A stretch of 43,973 nucleotides of DNA. It comes from Enoplolaimus lenunculus. Taxonomy: Eukaryota. The stretch spans positions 372,001 through 415,973 of the forward strand of contig JASANG010003910.1 in assembly GCA_030248215.1 (NCBI GenBank). Direction: 5' to 3'. The translations under genes and the position numbers were made by a program. The notes under the pieces were generated by a model. It had not been told where the DNA came from. It did no database searches and was given only the letters and a program-made list of their open reading frames with translations. Below are positions 22,371 to 33,810 of the stretch, one piece after another. Positions within the stretch are counted from its first letter, which is position 1. Every line of letters begins with the position of its first letter.

Positions 22371-22531
22371 TTGTCGAATGCCAATACATTGTCACGCAAC
22401 GTAACTTCGTCGTCAGCGCCATTTCTCCAAAATTCAAATGTTTCAGTTGATATTTTTCCACGCGCAGCGTTTTCGAAGTCCGCCAAACACACACGGGTTT
22501 GCTTGATTTGTGCCATTTCATTAAATACCAT
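22371..22531 (-). CDS. HAO: Hydroxyacid oxidase exon 1: MVFNEMAQIKQTRVCLADFENAARGKISTETFEFWRNGADDEVTLRDNVLAFD
   Basis: VCxxDFE...GADDExTLRDNxxAF N-terminal HAO motif and a GT donor. The start could also be the second Met. The nine exons sum to 1158 nt (385 aa plus stop). Confidence 0.9.
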
Positions 22532-22559
22532 TTAAATGAATAAAATCTATAAAATTAAG

Positions 22560-22750
22560 GGCCCATGTTACTTTTAGGGCCGTCCCGGTTTCTGGTGGGT
22601 CTGAATAAGAGTAGGGTTACATTCTAGACTACATTTCTTTGCTTAGGCTTAGGCTTACGCTTAAGAATACGCTTTTGCCACGCTTAGGCTTAGAATTAGG
22701 CTTAGGAATACGCTTAATCTACTGGTACGGCTCTAAAAGTAACGTTGGCC
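22560..22750. mobile_element. TTAGGC-repeat MITE, subfamily B, 28 bp upstream of the putative HAO ATG
   Basis: TIRs and a TTAGGC array. Confidence 0.82.
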
Positions 22751-23834
22751 AATTAAAGTATGAGAGTATGGGAATTCAAAAATGGTGATGCAAGATATTT
22801 TTGTCGCTTGAACAGGGCCGTACCCAGGTGACTCCAGGCCCCCTATACAAGAATAATGTTACCTTAATAACAAATATGATTGGATAAAAAATATAAATGA
22901 TGTATGATCGGAGTGAAATTATAAGAAAAATAAACACAGTTTTTAGTTAATTTGCAACAAACAAAAATTCTTCGCCCCGGTCTATAAGCAATCTCTCAAA
23001 CGCTGATGCTGTCAAGTTTATCAAGCCAAACAACGCTTATCGCTGTGTATATTGTAAATGCTAGTCAACGCAAATTACTAAAATCTTACTGGTATAGAGT
23101 AATTGATAGGTCACAATGAAATTAATGTAAAAATGTATGCGACATTGGAAATGCATCTTTCTTGTCGGCCATTGAAAATTTGAACAATGTCCCTTTAAGG
23201 GACGTAACAGTAGATTAAGCGTATTCCTAAGCACTATGCCTAAGCGTTGCGAAAATGAGTTCCCAAGCCTAAGCCTAAGCCTAAGCAAAAAATGTAATCT
23301 AGAATCTAAAACTACTTTCTAAATGGACCCACCAGAAACCTGGACGCCCATTAAAGTAACATAGGCCTGACATCCTTGAAGTAACATGGGCCAGGCATTC
23401 AAAAGCTATAAATTATTTACTGTGCGGACATAACGGTAAATTTTACAAAAAACCTTATCCTCCCACAAAAATCAACAAAGCGAAACAAACAGCGCGCCAC
23501 ACCCAACCCACGCCCCCCCTCGTTGCTCTTATTTTTTTCGCGGCTACAATTTCAGAGATGTGAAACCTAGGCCTCCCCGACTAGGGACAAAACCACCCCC
23601 CAGAAATCAGATTTCGGTTGACACTTGCCGCAAATATGCAAAGCACCGTTTGATATTGCCGTCGTTCATATAAAAGCTTAACTTACAAACGGTGACCGTT
23701 AAAAAGTGGTTTTAAGTCGTATTTCTCCCGTGTTCATGTTAACAGTGTCACTGAAACGCCTAAAAATGGACAATTTATAGCCTAGTATATGGTCCCTTTA
23801 CCAGAATACGAGCAACAAAAATTTATAAGCTCTG

Positions 23835-24089
23835 CACTGTAAATTCCAATGAGTTGATTTATGAACTCAGCTAGCAAGTTAGTTATTTTTTGAGTTAATA
23901 ACACTAAGCATTAAGACACGCTGAGTTGAGTTGATTTTCGCTCTCAGTTGATTTGATTCCGGGCGAGTTGACCAGTTAACTCAAATTGAGTTGAATCAAC
24001 TCACTATTCTGAGTTCTAATAGGTCTAACTCAGACTAAAAGTGATTCAACTCATTCTGAGTTAAAATCAACTCACCGGAATTTACAGTG
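23835..24089. mobile_element. Palindromic MITE with CACTGTAAATTCC TIRs and internal GAGTTGA repeats
   Basis: TIRs CACTGTAAATTCC / GGAATTTACAGTG. A related CACTG-ended GAGTCAA family lies at 40422-40558 and about 19555-19730. Confidence 0.75.
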
Positions 24090-24624
24090 TTCACCGCATT
24101 ATTGTATTGTTTTGAAAATATCCATCAATTGCCGATGCGAAAAATCCACACCGCGCATACGCCTTAAAATGAAGAATTCATAGCGTAGTATATGGTCCCT
24201 ACCAGGGTACGAGCAGCAAAACTATGAACCTCCACAACGCATTACTGTATTTTGCTTCAACCAATTTATGGATGTTCATCATAATATATAATTCTCGCAT
24301 TTTGGTTTCGCCAGCTGTGTTTGTATTAGGTTCCTAGGATCGCAACCGGTGTAGCAATAATAAAAACAATCTCGGTAGTTTTTACTGAACACAGGTTTTA
24401 GATATTCAATGGTATACATACCGTCGAAAGGTTCTGGCATTACACCGAAACCTAAATCCTTTTTTAGATGAGATTTGTGTATGCCTAGCGCACTGGTACG
24501 CCTAAGCGAGGGCCGACCACGCCTTGCGTCTCCAAACAGGGATCAAAACCAAAATTTTGTATTAAGATTTCGTATTATGAAATTGACTTTTGGCTTGTCG
24601 CTCTCGAGTTTTATCTCACTACTT

Positions 24625-24818
24625 GGCCTATGTTACTTTAGAGGCGGCCAGGTTTCTGGTGGATCTACAAAAGAGTAGGTTTAAATTCTAGATTACATCT
24701 TTGCTTAAGCTTAGACTTAGGCTTCGGTTTAGGAACACATTTTTGCAACGCTCAGGATTCGGTTTAGGCTTAGGAATACGTTTAATCTACTGTTACGACA
24801 CTAAAAGGAACATTGACC
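24625..24818. mobile_element. TTAGGC-repeat MITE, subfamily B
   Basis: Degenerate TIRs; TSD CACTACTT/AGCTACTT. Confidence 0.75.
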
Positions 24819-26005
24819 AGCTACTTTTTCGCGCAGCGCGTTCCGGTCAAAAATTTCTGGATTCCCCACTGGCCGAGAGCGAATATCTCAATCGTGAATA
24901 CGATTTTCTCACGGCAGAAATAAATGAAACTTTACTAAAAATATTATAGATACTAAATAAATATCGGTTTGATTTGAACAACAAAATTATGGGTAAAGTT
25001 TATGCCATTCACATTCATTTTTACTGCTATCTTTAATATACCGCAACGCATGAATTTTTTACTTTTAAAATGTAAAGCTTTTTTACCGTATCGCAATTTG
25101 GATATTAATAGGTTGATGGTGCCGGGCCACATTGACGCACCGGTTAAATTAAGTGTGCGAAGCAGTTGGAAACATTAACCTTTTGTGAAAATTTGTGTGG
25201 CTGTCGTGGCGACAGGGACGCAACTACAAGAGAGGTAGGGGGTGGCTCATCCTATATAAACATCTTTAATTTCCGGCAGGAAAATTTTTTTCTTCCTCCT
25301 AGAATTATCTTTGATCCTGGGGCTTAGAATATTTTTACCTTTAATTATTAATCTGGCGAAGTGATGAACCGCCGACACAAGAGCTTTACGCTTAAATGTG
25401 CTCAATTGGTTTGTGAGCGTTTTGTACTGCCGACACAATAAGTAGGAGGTATTGAGTCGAAATGATTTTTCCACTGGCGTGAGACTTCTGCATAATTTCC
25501 GTATTTATAGTAAAGTTATAACACTTAAAACAGTGCACGCATGCACAACCAGAATCCTTCATCCGGTCAGATAGAATTTTTGACGGAAGTTCTGTCAATT
25601 TCGGTAACACAATTTTATGTGTATCCTTACTAAAAATCAATGATTTTCTGTGACTTTGTTTGTAAACTTTACGACAATTTGGAGAAAAGTATAACTTCTT
25701 TGATTTTTCTAATTGAAATGTTCAATTTTTAAAAATACTTCACAGAATATTGCTTGAAATTAGCACAAATTCTAACATCTTTGTTGTAGACTAATTTTGT
25801 TCCCGCGTCTGGCTTTTGTTCCGGCATCAAACTCCGGAATCATTTTGTTAACTTCCGACTTCGGTTTTATTATCTCCGGTTATCCGCAAGTGCATACTGT
25901 AAAAGATGGTCAATAAAGCCAAAGGGTAAAAACAATCCCCAGGAGATGTTCTAAATAATTTTTATATGCACTGTAAGCTGTTCATTTTTACTTCAATGAA
26001 GTTTT

Positions 26006-26209
26006 GGCCCATGTAAAGAACAGAAGTGGAACAGTATTATAAGCGTATTCCTAAACCTAAGCCAAAACCTATTAAGCCTAAGTGTAAGAATGAGCATATT
26101 TCTAAGTCTAAGCCTAAGTTTAAGCCAAGCAAAAAATGAGTCTAAATCTTAAGCATACTCTTTTCTACTCCAACCAAAAAATGTTCCACCGCTGATCTTT
26201 ACATGGGCA
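26006..26209. mobile_element. TTAGGC-repeat MITE, subfamily A2, about 40 bp upstream of the CRACR2A-like ATG
   Basis: TIRs present; TSD GAAGTTTT/TAAGTTTT. Confidence 0.8.
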
Positions 26210-26250
26210 TAAGTTTTTATAAAACTATACTCAAAGAATAAAATAGAGAC

Positions 26251-26355
26251 ATGGATTCTGACGCTGACGACGGCTTACCTTTAAACAAGGCAAAAGATCT
26301 ATTCAATGTGTGCGATATTGAGCAAAAAGGATTTATCAATAAACGTGATATGCAA
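26251..26355 (+). CDS. CRACR2A: CRACR2A/EFCAB4B-like exon 1: MDSDADDGLPLNKAKDLFNVCDIEQKGFINKRDMQ (EF-hand 1)
   Basis: Matches the KAxxxFxxCDxExKGFIxxxDMQ segment of the family; CAA|gttagt donor. Confidence 0.8.
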
Positions 26356-26788
26356 GTTAGTTGAAAAAAATTTACCCAAAAACAAAGTCGTAGCTATGAA
26401 GATACTATGAAGCTTATTTTAAACCATAATAAATATCTTTTTATTGTCTATAAACTTTTTGTTCAGTACGGGATATCTCGTGTATGGTTTCACGATCACG
26501 ATCTTGGGCTTATACATTGACGCCCAAGTTTCACATTCGTAGGGACGTTTTTTACAATCTCAATATATATTTGAGTTTTGGTCATAATTTCACACCAGCA
26601 ATAGTTTTAACAAGCATATGCTAAATCAAATAATGTTCACGTCGCGTGAGCAGCTTTGTAGCTTTACGCTCGTAATCATTGTGAATCTTGGCTTACAGAA
26701 CGTGGCCCAAGTGAGTAAAAAGTTTTTGTTGAACTTTTCGCAAGTTTGCGTTAAATTTTACAATTTTCAATGTTAAATTTAATTGTAG

Positions 26789-26903
26789 CGGCTAAGTTTG
26801 GAACTTCCGGATCTTAATCCAGAGCAACTCGACGATGTATTCGATAGCTTAGATGAAGACGGCAATGGATATTTGACAATGGACGAATTTGTACGCGGTT
26901 TCG
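26789..26903 (+). CDS. CRACR2A: CRACR2A-like exon 2: [38 protein letters not shown] (EF-hand 2)
   Basis: Canonical EF loop [16 protein letters not shown] sites. Confidence 0.88.
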
Positions 26904-27121
26904 GTACGTATGGCAATTACATTCATTGTGTACCGTACATTGATAATTGTTCAACTGCACTAGACTGCATCGATTAATAGTTCTATACTAGTCAACGTGA
27001 TTGCAATATTTGCAACATTAACATACTCTTAGATATATGTAATACATCAAAATTTTTTGTGTTTGCTAAATGAACTTAGCGTTTTCACAAAAATTATTAG
27101 ACCAAACATAAGTAGGAATTA

Positions 27122-27333
27122 GGGTTGCGCTATACTTGTCTGCGGCGCTGTCCGGCGCCGGCCGTCGCCGTCTGTCACCGTGTATCACCGTCCGTCACCA
27201 TACGGCATTGTACATGCGTAATTCATGTACGATACCGTACTGGGACGTACGGTGACGGACGGCGCCGGACGGGTGACGGACGGGATACGGACAGTGGCGG
27301 ACGGCGCCGGACGTCAAAAGTATAGCGCAACCC
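27122..27333. mobile_element. PIF/Harbinger (Tourist-like) MITE
   Basis: TIR GGGTTGCGCTATACTT / AAGTATAGCGCAACCC with TTA on both sides and a GC-rich palindromic interior. A second, eroded copy starts at 36154. Confidence 0.8.
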
Positions 27334-27735
27334 TTATGTCATAAAACGTATCGTGTGCGTTTAAGCTTTATTCAACTAGATATAGACGTATTTTTTAAAC
27401 CTAAAATATTTTCAAATTGAAAAACTAATACCCAGGTCATATGGTTTAACATGTAATAATATCATGCAACTCTTAAAACAATTGTAGTTTGCTGCTGAAG
27501 GTAGTCCTGGAACGAAACCAGGATTCAATTTCAAGACCAGATAAGTTTGCCTGAAAGGTTTTGGCGAGCGAACATAAATTTGTTTGAAATTTTTTTGACC
27601 GTTTCAAATTATTTTACACCTCGTAATAAGTGTTTTTTAAGTCGTTTCGAAAATTTTGGGTCGATGGGACGTATTGTACCCTATCATTCTTTTGCACTCG
27701 ACCTTGAAGTCAGAAAAAAATTGGAAAAATTTTGG

Positions 27736-27935
27736 AGCCAATGTTACTTTTGGGGGGGTAACAGTAGATAAAGCGTATATATTCCTAAGCCTAGCCTAAG
27801 CCTAAGCGTTGCAAAAATGAGTTCCTAGGCCTGAGCATAAGCCTAAGCCTAAGCAGAAAAATGTAATATAGAATCTAAACCTACTCATTTATGGACCCAC
27901 CAGAAACCTGGACGCTCCTTAAAGTAACATGGGCC
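27736..27935. mobile_element. TTAGGC-repeat MITE, subfamily B
   Basis: TIRs present; TSD AATTTTGG/AATTTCGG. Confidence 0.78.
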
Positions 27936-28021
27936 AATTTCGGCATATAGAAAAAAGTGCAATTCATAGTTTTGTTAAAGTTACACCAAAAATATAACCT
28001 ATATTTCCAAGTATTTTTAAG

Positions 28022-28134
28022 GTGCATTTCTTGGACTTTCGATTCCAAGCGAGTTTGAAAATAACGAAGAAGAAACTGGGCGAACAGAAAATCTACAACA
28101 AGATTCCAATTCTGCAGCAATTATTGAAGAACCA
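28022..28134 (+). CDS. CRACR2A: CRACR2A-like exon 3 (acidic linker GAFLGLSIPSEFENNEEE...EEP)
   Basis: Phase 1 to 0 fits both neighbours; ttttaag acceptor and gtacga donor. Confidence 0.65.
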
Positions 28135-29003
28135 GTACGAAAAACAAAATAAATGCTCGTATCCCAATCAAATATTAAACTTTTTAAAGCATTCGTGCAA
28201 ACGTGGAACGAAAATATACTGGAAGTCTTTGCGCCAAGAAAAATTTGCAAATACCAGAAAAGGTTGACACTGATCACTACCCTTGAAATCTCACAACTAA
28301 TTTTTTGATTTTTTGTCTCACCAGGCAAACTAAAGTTCACAGAAGTATATTCAGATGAAATGCACTTTGCTCAGCATTAAGAGACTATTGCTGGCCTATA
28401 CAAAGTATAGAGCAGTATTTTATTAGATCTGAGATCTTTTTATTTTACCCGAATGGGAGGGAGGTAATAAAACGGGGATCCCCATTTTGGGTCCTAATCA
28501 ATAGGAGTCCGTGTCTCTAATAAGAGTCCGTAAGCGGATAGAGAGTTGCTAAACCCTAATTAGAGTCCCCAAATATCAATTACCCCTAATTGTAGCGCAC
28601 AAATGAGTCGAAGACGAAATATAGCTGAGTTCGAAACTGTAAAGCATATTTAAGTTTTGGAAGTACGTTTCAAAGTATAACCTTCCATTATCGCTTAAGC
28701 TTTTGATATAAGACCAACAAACGTTTAACTCAACGGATATGTGCAACAGTGGATGTATCACTAACGAATGGTGGTAGAAGGCTGGTTAAAAATAAATAAC
28801 AGTCCGTAACCGAATAACAGGAGAGTAATCCAAATGAAAATCAGTCCCCCTGTTATTCGGGTCACTACATTACGAATTTCTGCGATATATATTGCCTAAA
28901 ACTTAAAATGTTTTATGAAAAGAACATATTTAATTTATTCTCGCTAATAGTATAACTGAGTTTGTAAAATCATAGCTTATCCGTACCTGGATCGTATTTT
29001 TAG

Positions 29004-29113
29004 CAGCACAGAACCAACTTTCGATATGGAAGTCAACAATCGAACTCTGAAGACACTTTTCAAGAATTAATGGATTCGCTGGGAGCGTCAGAAATTTTTA
29101 AAGAAAACGAACA
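29004..29113 (+). CDS. CRACR2A: CRACR2A-like exon 4 (QHRTNFRYGSQQSNSEDTFQELMDSLGASEIFKENE)
   Basis: FxxLMDxLGA family motif; tandem TAGCAG acceptor and gtaatg donor. Confidence 0.78.
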
Positions 29114-29578
29114 GTAATGCTCAAGAATGAATTAGGCTTCATCGGCCCGTGACTGTGAGGCTTAGTCTTTAGGTTTAGGCATACGCTTAAGTTACGTTTA
29201 CGCTTATGATTCTAAATCGCCAGGTCAACATAATTAACATCGGTCTGCTTATATATTTAAAAGGGTGTTACAGATTTTATGGATAAATTTACAACTAATT
29301 CGAGCACCAGCCCAAACATTATTTGATTGACCACTTTTGGGCAATTAATTATTTACGCATTGGCCCTGTTCTATACATGGGCCATTTTGTTTCTTTGTAT
29401 AAACAAATATTAATAGGAACAAGAATCACCGCCCGAGGGCGGTGACAAAAACAGATGTGTTCTAAAGGATTGGTCAAAAAATAAGTTAGTTAGTATTTAA
29501 AACGCTTCTCGTGTTGCTTGCAGTATCTTTTAAATGGATTTTTTGAAAGCGCCTGAACTGTAGAACAATTAGAAATTC

Positions 29579-29802
29579 GGCCCATGTATAGAACAGAGCC
29601 GGATCGTTTTCCGGCGGGGCTGTAATAGAGTCAGTTTAAGCTTTACACTAACGTTTTTGCTTAGGCTTAGGCTTAGGCTTAGGCTTAATAGACTTAGGCT
29701 TAGGAATAGGCTCATCTTTACGCTTAGGTTTAGGCTTAGGCCTAGGCTTAGGCTTAGTAATATGCTAATACTACTGTTCCGGCGATGTTCTATACATTGG
29801 CC
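29579..29802. mobile_element. TTAGGC-repeat MITE, subfamily A
   Basis: Perfect 8-bp TSD AGAAATTC. Confidence 0.88.
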
Positions 29803-30253
29803 AGAAATTCTATAACCTAAATAATTTGTTGTGGTTTTGAACAAAATCCACTGTAAACATTAAAACAATAAAACGACAATCTGTTTAAAATTTAATCTCC
29901 TTTCCTTACGGCCTGTACAGTGATGCTAAGGCTTAGGATAGCTCATCCTTACGCTTAGGTTTAGGCTTAGGCCTAGGCTTAGGCTTGACACCCCCGTTCT
30001 ATACATAAACTATAAAACTAAATAATTTGTTGTGGTTTTGAACAAAATCCACTGTAACATTAAAACAATAAATAAGACAAACAAAATCCTCCACATCCAA
30101 CCCACAAAAAAATGTTTATACTATCGCTCTTAAAAATAAGACTGTTTCTTATATATCAGTTAACTTTTTTGACAAATGTTGAAAAATAATTTTTGATCAC
30201 ATCGAATTTGTTGATAATAAGTGTAATAAAATGTTGATTTTGGCAAGTTAAAG

Positions 30254-30400
30254 GACAACAATGGTCCGCAATATGTGGGAAAAGCTTCGACAAGATGATC
30301 CTTCGCTGTTGGAACATTTTGAACAGTTTGTTGCTCAAGTCACTTGCGAGATACGGCGAACTCAAGACGGATATTCAGCGCTGGAGACAGCCCTGGAACA
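30254..30400 (+). CDS. CRACR2A: CRACR2A-like exon 5 (MVRNMWEKLRQDDPSLLEHFEQFVAQV...LETALE)
   Basis: WxxLxxDxPxLLxxFExF family motif; gtaagt donor. The AAG acceptor is weak but in phase. Confidence 0.82.
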
Positions 30401-31172
30401 GTAAGTTAAATTTTATGACTTGACTGATTTTATATATTATTAAAGCTGAAACGTCCCATATACGTATTTTAAGCAGCGTTCCAGCTGTTGTTTTTGCATG
30501 CAAATTAGAACACATAAATACGGTTTAGAAAGCCAATGTAACACGATGTAGTAAAGAGTTAAGGTTATGTGAAGTATTAAACCCAAATGTAACGAAAAAA
30601 TAGATTTTTCAGGAGAAATACATGTAGTGTTGAAAACTTGCAACCATGTTTACTAATTAATTACTAGCAGCAAATCTAAACGCAACTTATACGCAAGATA
30701 ACGGTATAACGTACATGGAATACAGAATTTTCAAGTGATAAAAATTTCTTGTTTGTATCATTAATATTTGCAGTTTTTTCGAGCACTGCCATTTACGCTA
30801 TATTTTTGCTAAGAAAACACATTTTGAACTTTTGAAGAACAAATTGCATAGCAAAATTTTCAACCAAAGATGACTGGTGGGAGGATTTCGTCCTTATTGC
30901 ATTATAGTCAATCCTGCAACGAAATCGGCTTGAGTAATATGGCACGTTTAGTTTATTAACAAAGCTATGCTTAGTAACTTTGACAGAAACATCAATACGT
31001 ATTCATTCTATTTCTAAAATGTGATGAAACAACCTTATTTAAATTATTAGCCATATATCAGAATTTCCAGCAAACGCAGAACTGATCTTAATAACAAATT
31101 GCTCACACAACATTCGCTTTCAGCTAAAATGCGGAATATTTAGCTGTACAGTTAAGTTTAATGATGCTTTAG

Positions 31173-31263
31173 AAAAGGTACAGCGCATGATGAACAAGTT
31201 CGCAAACTGTACGAAGAAATGGAAGCACAGATAAAGTTGGAAAAACAACGAGTCAAGCACGAA
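31173..31263 (+). CDS. CRACR2A: CRACR2A-like exon 6 (KGTAHDEQVRKLYEEMEAQIKLEKQRVKHE)
   Basis: LYEEMExQI hallmark of the CRACR2/RASEF coiled coil; AG/GT sites. Confidence 0.88.
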
Positions 31264-31360
31264 GTATATCATTTTTTGTTTCCTCAGCACTGCAACTAAG
31301 AATTTCTAGTAGAGGGCCAAAGAGATTTTAAGCGAAAAATTTTCAGTTTACTATCTATAA

Positions 31361-31623
31361 CCCCTTCTCACATTGACTTGCTTATAGGCAACTCAGCGCA
31401 GTGCATATACGTTAAATAATATATATCGCACCGTGTTTAACAATTGCAACACGTATACATAGTACTAAATCACCACAAGACGTGAGAGCACCCTCGGGCT
31501 CGAGCGTCAAGCTCCTACAGCTGAGTGGCGATGGTATACGCCTCCCACTCCAGTCGCCGGAGTTCGAATCCTAGCATAAAAGTAGGTCTCAGGGGAAATA
31601 CAAAATATTCATGTGAGAAAGGG
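31361..31623. mobile_element. piggyBac-like MITE (CCC...GGG, TTAA-type flank) containing tRNA-like A/B boxes
   Basis: TIR CCCCTTCTCACAT / ATGTGAGAAAGGG with flanks ATAA/TTAA; B box GTTCGAATCC at 31562. Inverted second copy at 40976-41184. Confidence 0.6.
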
Positions 31624-32789
31624 TTAAGAGAAGGCAAGCAATACATTCCAAATCTAGAATTGTTGCAATTGCGTTGTAAAGATTTTTGGCCAGGAGGCGA
31701 AGCTGTTCGTAGGAGGATCAGCGGCGACGCCCTCAGTGTCGCGCACATGTGGACTTGAAGGTTTTGCAAAATCGATAACGTGAACCAGCGTTAGGTTTGT
31801 CGGAAAAAATTGAATCGACCGGAATGAAAAACATGTACCCGTTCGTCAACAAATGTAAAGACGGTAATAATGGATTCTATATCTGGTAACAAAATGATAG
31901 TAAGAAAATCAGTTAATCTATTAATAGTACAGGTCAAAATTTAGCCACACATGACAAGTATAGTTACACACCACAAAAGTGTCAAATGCCTAACAATACC
32001 CAGCTGGCTGGCTACAAACTTGTAGGTTTGAGTTCGGCAAAAAAATCTTCTAACAGAGTTTCATTGTTGCATAAATTTAATCAGAAGTTTACTTCAAAAT
32101 TAACTCGTTACACAGCTGAGAATGTTATAGATCAAGCAAAACCAAAAATTAAAATGTATACTATAGGGCGATTATTTTCAGATGAAAGAGTAGGATCGAT
32201 CAGTAAAAATATTGTAACCTTAGACATCTGTTGAGTCAATAAAATATAGCGTATGCTTCAAATTTAGCTCTATCGCGGCTATAGCGAGCACAAGCAGCAA
32301 TAACGTCTTGTATATCCAATCATGCAAGTATTACAAAGCCTGTAGCCAGATCAACATAACACGAGCCGGAAAATTTTTGGTGGTATCAATATTTTTCTAA
32401 GGGCCATGAAGTCTGCTAGCGTCCCTTTGGCTAGAGGACTGCTGGATTGAATGTTTGGTACGTTTTATATCAAGAGCGAACCATTTTTGTTCGCGGGACT
32501 CTAATTGAGCAGACTTAACCATTAGAGTATTTTGTTGCCTAGGCATATGCTTAGTTATAGGCTTATCGTTACGCTTACACTTAGGCTTAAGATAAGCTTT
32601 TGGGGTATGCTTTTAGTACTGTTACGTCCAAAGTATAGGCCGAATGTTTAATATGCGATTCCATAAAGCGTGTTTCTGATAATTTTATATTGTTCAAAAC
32701 AAAAATTCGGTACTAAATAATTTTACAAACCGTACCAACTAAAACTAACTTGTGTCCATTCAATTCGATGACCAATCAGCCACTTCCAA

Positions 32790-33015
32790 CCATGTTTTAA
32801 TTTTCAAAAACGTTTAAATTAAAAAAATAATTTATTTATCAAAAAACAGTGTTTTAATCTTCAAAAAATATATAATGTTTCAATTTTCAAAAATTGTTTT
32901 AATTTAAAAAAATTTATTTATCAAAAAATAATGTTTAAATTTTCAAAAAACAATGTTTTAATTGTCAAAAAACAATGTTTTAATTTTCAAAAAAGAATGT
33001 TTTATTATTCAAAAA
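32790..33015. repeat. AT-rich ~22-bp degenerate tandem repeat (AATGTTTTAATTTTCAAAAA)
   Basis: Direct reading, just upstream of CRACR2A-like exon 7. Confidence 0.75.
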
Positions 33016-33037
33016 TTTAAATAATTTTACTTTGCAG

Positions 33038-33133
33038 GAGCAAGAGCGAATGGAACAGCTTCAAATAGAAATGGAAGCATTGATTAAAGAGCGCGATGCT
33101 CAACTGGCTGAGCTTGTACAAAAACAACAAGAG
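33038..33133 (+). CDS. CRACR2A: CRACR2A-like exon 7 (coiled coil EQERMEQLQIEMEALIKERDAQLAELVQKQQE)
   Basis: tttgcag / gttaat sites; 96 nt, phase 0-0. Confidence 0.82.
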
Positions 33134-33212
33134 GTTAATATAGAGTGTACGGGGTTACCGGTTTGTGCCTATGTACTAAGTACACATAAACATTATAAAA
33201 AACAAGGCGTTT

Positions 33213-33408
33213 GGCCCGTGTTACTTTAAGGAGCGTCCAGGTTTCCTGTGGGTCTATAAATGACTAGGTTTAGATTCTAGATTACATTGTTTTCACTAGG
33301 CTTAGGCTTAGGCTTAGGCTTAGGCCTAGGGACACAATTTTGCAACGCTTAGGCTTAGGCTTAGGAATACGCTTAATCTACTTTTGCGCCCCTTAAGTAA
33401 CATTGGCC
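33213..33408. mobile_element. TTAGGC-repeat MITE, subfamily B
   Basis: TIRs present; TSD AGGCGTTT/AGGTGTTT. Confidence 0.82.
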
Positions 33409-33738
33409 AGGTGTTTCAACAACCATTTCACACGCGTTGTTCTCAACTGTGGTTGGTCTAGAAATTTCTGACGATTTGATTCAGAAATTTCTGACGAATG
33501 GGGTCATGCGATATATATACTTGTGAGAAAACAAAGCAAGTGAGAGCGAGCGAGAAGCCAAACGCAATTTTAGAACATTAATCCTTAATGCAAAATTTTG
33601 CTTTTGATCCGTGTTCGAAGACTATAGCCGGCACTGCCTATTTTAGAATCCGTTAGTCGCCGTCAATAGTGGCCAGTGATAAAAAAGCAATTTGTGTGGA
33701 AAGCATACAAATTGCTAAACAATTATATTTCATTTCAG

Positions 33739-33810
33739 CTCGAAAATCGCCTATCTGAAGTAGACGAACAGAAACATATGACAGCGTTGGAAAACGAAAA
33801 ATTACAAGAA
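33739..33810 (+). CDS. CRACR2A: CRACR2A-like exon 8 (LENRLSEVDEQKHMTALENEKLQE)
   Basis: tttcag / gtgagt sites; 72 nt, phase 0-0. Confidence 0.82.

Noticed and set aside
25247..25640. Minus-strand ORFs of 75-82 aa between the divergent genes
   Set aside because: No recognisable motif or consistent splice structure; probably a decayed repeat.
31510..31590. Functional tRNA gene
   Set aside because: A/B boxes are present but there is no complete cloverleaf or acceptor stem, and it lies inside a repeated TIR element.
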